From Takakia lepidozioides (Eukaryota; Plantae; Bryophyta), in the NCBI GenBank assembly GCA_030704615.1, contig CM060733.1, positions 21,266,001 through 21,330,000 of the forward strand: a stretch of 64,000 nucleotides of DNA, in the 5' to 3' direction. Under the pieces are notes generated by a model that worked only from the letters and a program-made list of their open reading frames with translations, did no database searches and was not told the DNA's origin. The translations under genes and the position numbers were made by a program. Numbering within the stretch: the first letter of the stretch is position 1; each line of letters begins with the position of its first letter. Positions 61,295 to 64,000 of the stretch are shown one piece after another.

Positions 61295-64000
61295 TGATCT
61301 GGAGTAGTAGTGTGGTCCTTGAAAAGGTCTTGGAGCAGTTGTCAGAGCCATTTCAATCCATGTTTATTCTTTCTTTCTACTTGGCATCTTACTCACTGAG
61401 CGCTTTTGTGGGTTGGGATTCATCTCTTTTTTCAGGTACACGAAATATGTGCTTATGGAAGGAAATCACCTGAGCGGAATTCCGACTATCTTGACATTGT
61501 CGGGACCCTGCAAACGATCCAACCATGTATACTGCAGGGATATTGAAGGACTGGAGTCCTTCTCACTTCAGAGACTGTGGGTGGTACCTTGACTCCACCT
61601 GAGCACACGACCTTTCAAGAACAGCATATGAAATACTTGAACAATAACGCTGAGATGCTGGCGCCTTGATGAAGAAGGAGTATCAACGAAACATAGCAAC
61701 CTTGGCTGCCAGAGCCTGATGCTCAGGAACGCCGCAGAAGGGAAAAAGAAGGCGGGCCGCAAACCAAAAGACAAGGCTGTTGATGTCATAGCCATCTCAC
61801 CAGCAAAAGCCACAAAGACAAAGACAAGTCCAAAGAGAAGGAAAAGGACAAGGGGAAGGAGAAATATGAAAAGGAGATGGAGAGTGGGCAGGACTTTAGT
61901 GCTGGAAGATATACCCGCACTTCAGTGCGTGTTCGATGCCAAGCCACACCCTTCCCGTTCTGATTCAGCAGGAGAGATGAAAAATTGTTAATGAGGGTTG
62001 GCTTTCGATGATGCAGAGTCGAAAGAGAGGATACACTGGGGGTGCCATCCCCATACCTGGGACAATATAATCTCATTCATCAATCTGGTGAGAATTCCAC
62101 TTTCTTTCCTTTTCTCTGAATGTTTCGGTTGGCACAAGTATTTCAGTCTCGTTCTTGAAAACATTCTTGCCATCGTTCTTATAAAAACATGTCTGTTGCA
62201 GGTGAGCACAGGTCCCACCTTCGTGTGCGGGTGCTCAGAAAAACTTATTGGGCCCCGACATTGTCATTCTCGAAATTCCGGATGGCCAGGCTGTGCCAGA
62301 AGTTCTTCCAAAGGGGCAAGACGCCAGGGTGGGGAACAACGTCGAGGACAACTACTGGAGTTGGGTATTCGGGTTCTGTAACAATTTCCTCTCGATGCAG
62401 GGACACTTCTGCTTTTTCAGTAAGGTGACAATGATAGTCGTCGGGCATTGGCATCATACCTCAAGTCTTCAGGGTTTGAAGTTTTGCGCACATGGAATTG
62501 TGTGAAAAGCCTCTACCTTGTGAAAGGGGGTTTCCCTGGTCAGCTGGTATGCCGTCTGCCTTTGTTTATGCTTTGATCATGAGTTTCAATTTTCTCTGCA
62601 GCCCACTCTAGTAGAATGTTTTATGATCGACACCGATCATCAACGATTCATGGTTTTTTGGTGTCAGAGTGCTGAATAGCGATGTACACACTTCCACTTT
62701 AGATGTGTTTACCCACACTAACCTGCTATCTTTGGCCAGCGAGGATGTTCGAGGCGATCTGCCTGCGGAGGATTCGCACATCAAAGACACCATCCTCCAT
62801 CCGCAGCTTTGAGATTCTGACCAAGGTTGTTTCGTCAACCCCCCCTATGAGCCCAATGTCGATGACATTTGTACAAATTCATGCCAGTCCAGTCAGACTC
62901 TGAAGAGACCAGATGGCACTCCCTGGAGAGGTGCAAAGGAGGAAAGTCACCCGCATTCATGCAAAATACTGCTGGAGTCATGCAGCCACCGCTCTGCACA
63001 GGTGGCGATCTTTCTGTGTCCACATGTTCGTTTTCTCCCTTCCGAATTGGTTTCCTTTCAACAGTTTCATCTGCTTTAAATCCCTCCTCCAAAACTGCTT
63101 ATGTTCCTGTCTGGTGCAGGAGCAATTACCACGCATGCAAGGCAGGCGGACGAAAGAAGCCTTTTTGGTATGGGGTGATTCTGACCTCTACAACACAGTG
63201 CTCCTCCCCCTTTTGTCTGGCTCAACTCAGGCACACAGACTGATCGGATTCTATTTGAAATGATGACGATCCCGAAGATAAGCAGGTCGACAACGACTTT
63301 TCATGTGAGTAAGTGCTAAACCCTCTTGGGAGTCATACTCAATTTCTCGATAACATCAAGTTACAGTAATAACTTTTTCAGGCTGTCTTTCAGGAAAGCA
63401 GCGGTGGATCTTCAGGAGATACAGTATTCTGGCGAGTCTGTTTTCGACAGCCCCCTTTCCAATTTTCTGCTCCTGTTTATGCCGAAGCAATGGCACTTCA
63501 CGCGTCCGAGTCCCTATCCCTGACTTTTTAGTGCCAGCCGTAGTGTATCCAGCGTGGATCCGGTGTTCTAAAATACTTAGACTTAGATGCAGAGGAAGAG
63601 GGGATACATTGTACTGACTCTGAGTCAGACTGAACTGTATTCTTTTTATATTCATTTTCATATTATCTGGGAAAACGTTGAATCCCCTTACTCTACCGTA
63701 GTTGTTCCTTTAGAACAAATAATAATCACAGAATCAACTTTCGTTTAAATTGCTATATGTATGAATCCATCTCACAACCTTCCTGACTCTTTCATATCCA
63801 TTGTGCATTCATCTACACTGTTATTCATGCGTGCTCCATTCATGAACGCTTCCTTTGTACAACATCCATTGTACATTCATCCTCTGTACTCTTTAATCCA
63901 CCCCACAAACCTTCCACACTCATTTCATATACTTTGTGCATTCGTCAAAAGATTTGGTCATGCATCTTCCTGTCATGAATTTTTGTCATTGCTCAACATC

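Larger units (their letters stand above)
58004..63530 (+). pseudogene. multi-exon cargo gene (copy B): ParB/Srx-like N-terminal domain, Lys-rich linker, beta-class DNA amino-methyltransferase-like C-terminus
   Basis: VVRPPL...FYVWDGNHRLLAW (59224-59238)...MHDVN; GPDIVILEIPDG (~62250-62285); PWRGAK...KSPAFMQ and HACKAGGR. About 10 GT-AG exons, with shared exon boundaries where copy A overlaps. Confidence 0.75.
52986..64000. mobile_element. Mutator-like element copy B (>11 kb, runs off the window end)
   Basis: GC-rich subterminal repeats (GCGTGAGC, TGACGTGGC, CCTATAACCGTGG) at 52986-53250. Divergent transposase and cargo genes. 63760-64000 resembles the reverse complement of copy A 48100-48260. 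Confidence 0.8.

Overview
Eukaryotic, transposon-dense DNA, most likely from a non-seed land plant (inferred from spliceosomal introns, PLS- and P-class PPR sequences, a KLCR-type TPR remnant, and CACTA, Mutator and chromovirus elements). Almost everything is a mobile element or a gene remnant. (1) Two diverged, oppositely oriented copies of a large Mutator-like transposon (about 47.8-53.0 kb and 53.0 kb to the window end). Their GCM-like/MULE/SWIM transposase is paired head-to-head with a multi-exon gene that joins a ParB/Srx-like domain to a beta-class N6A/N4C DNA-methyltransferase-like domain. That gene's introns carry arrays of 22-30 bp palindromes whose arms differ between the copies while the symmetry is kept. 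This is the best candidate for an undescribed system. (2) A Dualen/RandI-like LINE with the order 2A-like peptide, APE, RT, chromodomain, PCIF1/DIRS-type MTase-like domain, RNase H, Zn knuckle, RLE. A Gypsy chromovirus inserted into it (target-site duplication CAAAC), and the nest was later split by an inversion that breaks inside gag. (3) A CACTA-type unit with a TnpD gene divergent from a TnpA-like gene that appears fused to an FCP1/HAD phosphatase domain. (4) A ~10 kb imperfect inverted repeat built from ~560 bp tandem units and a PPR-derived tandem array. Smaller items are CACTA ends, a Copia remnant, a TA-flanked MITE and KLCR/PPR pseudogenes. All domain calls come from motif recognition by eye; no database searches were run, and exon and element boundaries are approximate.
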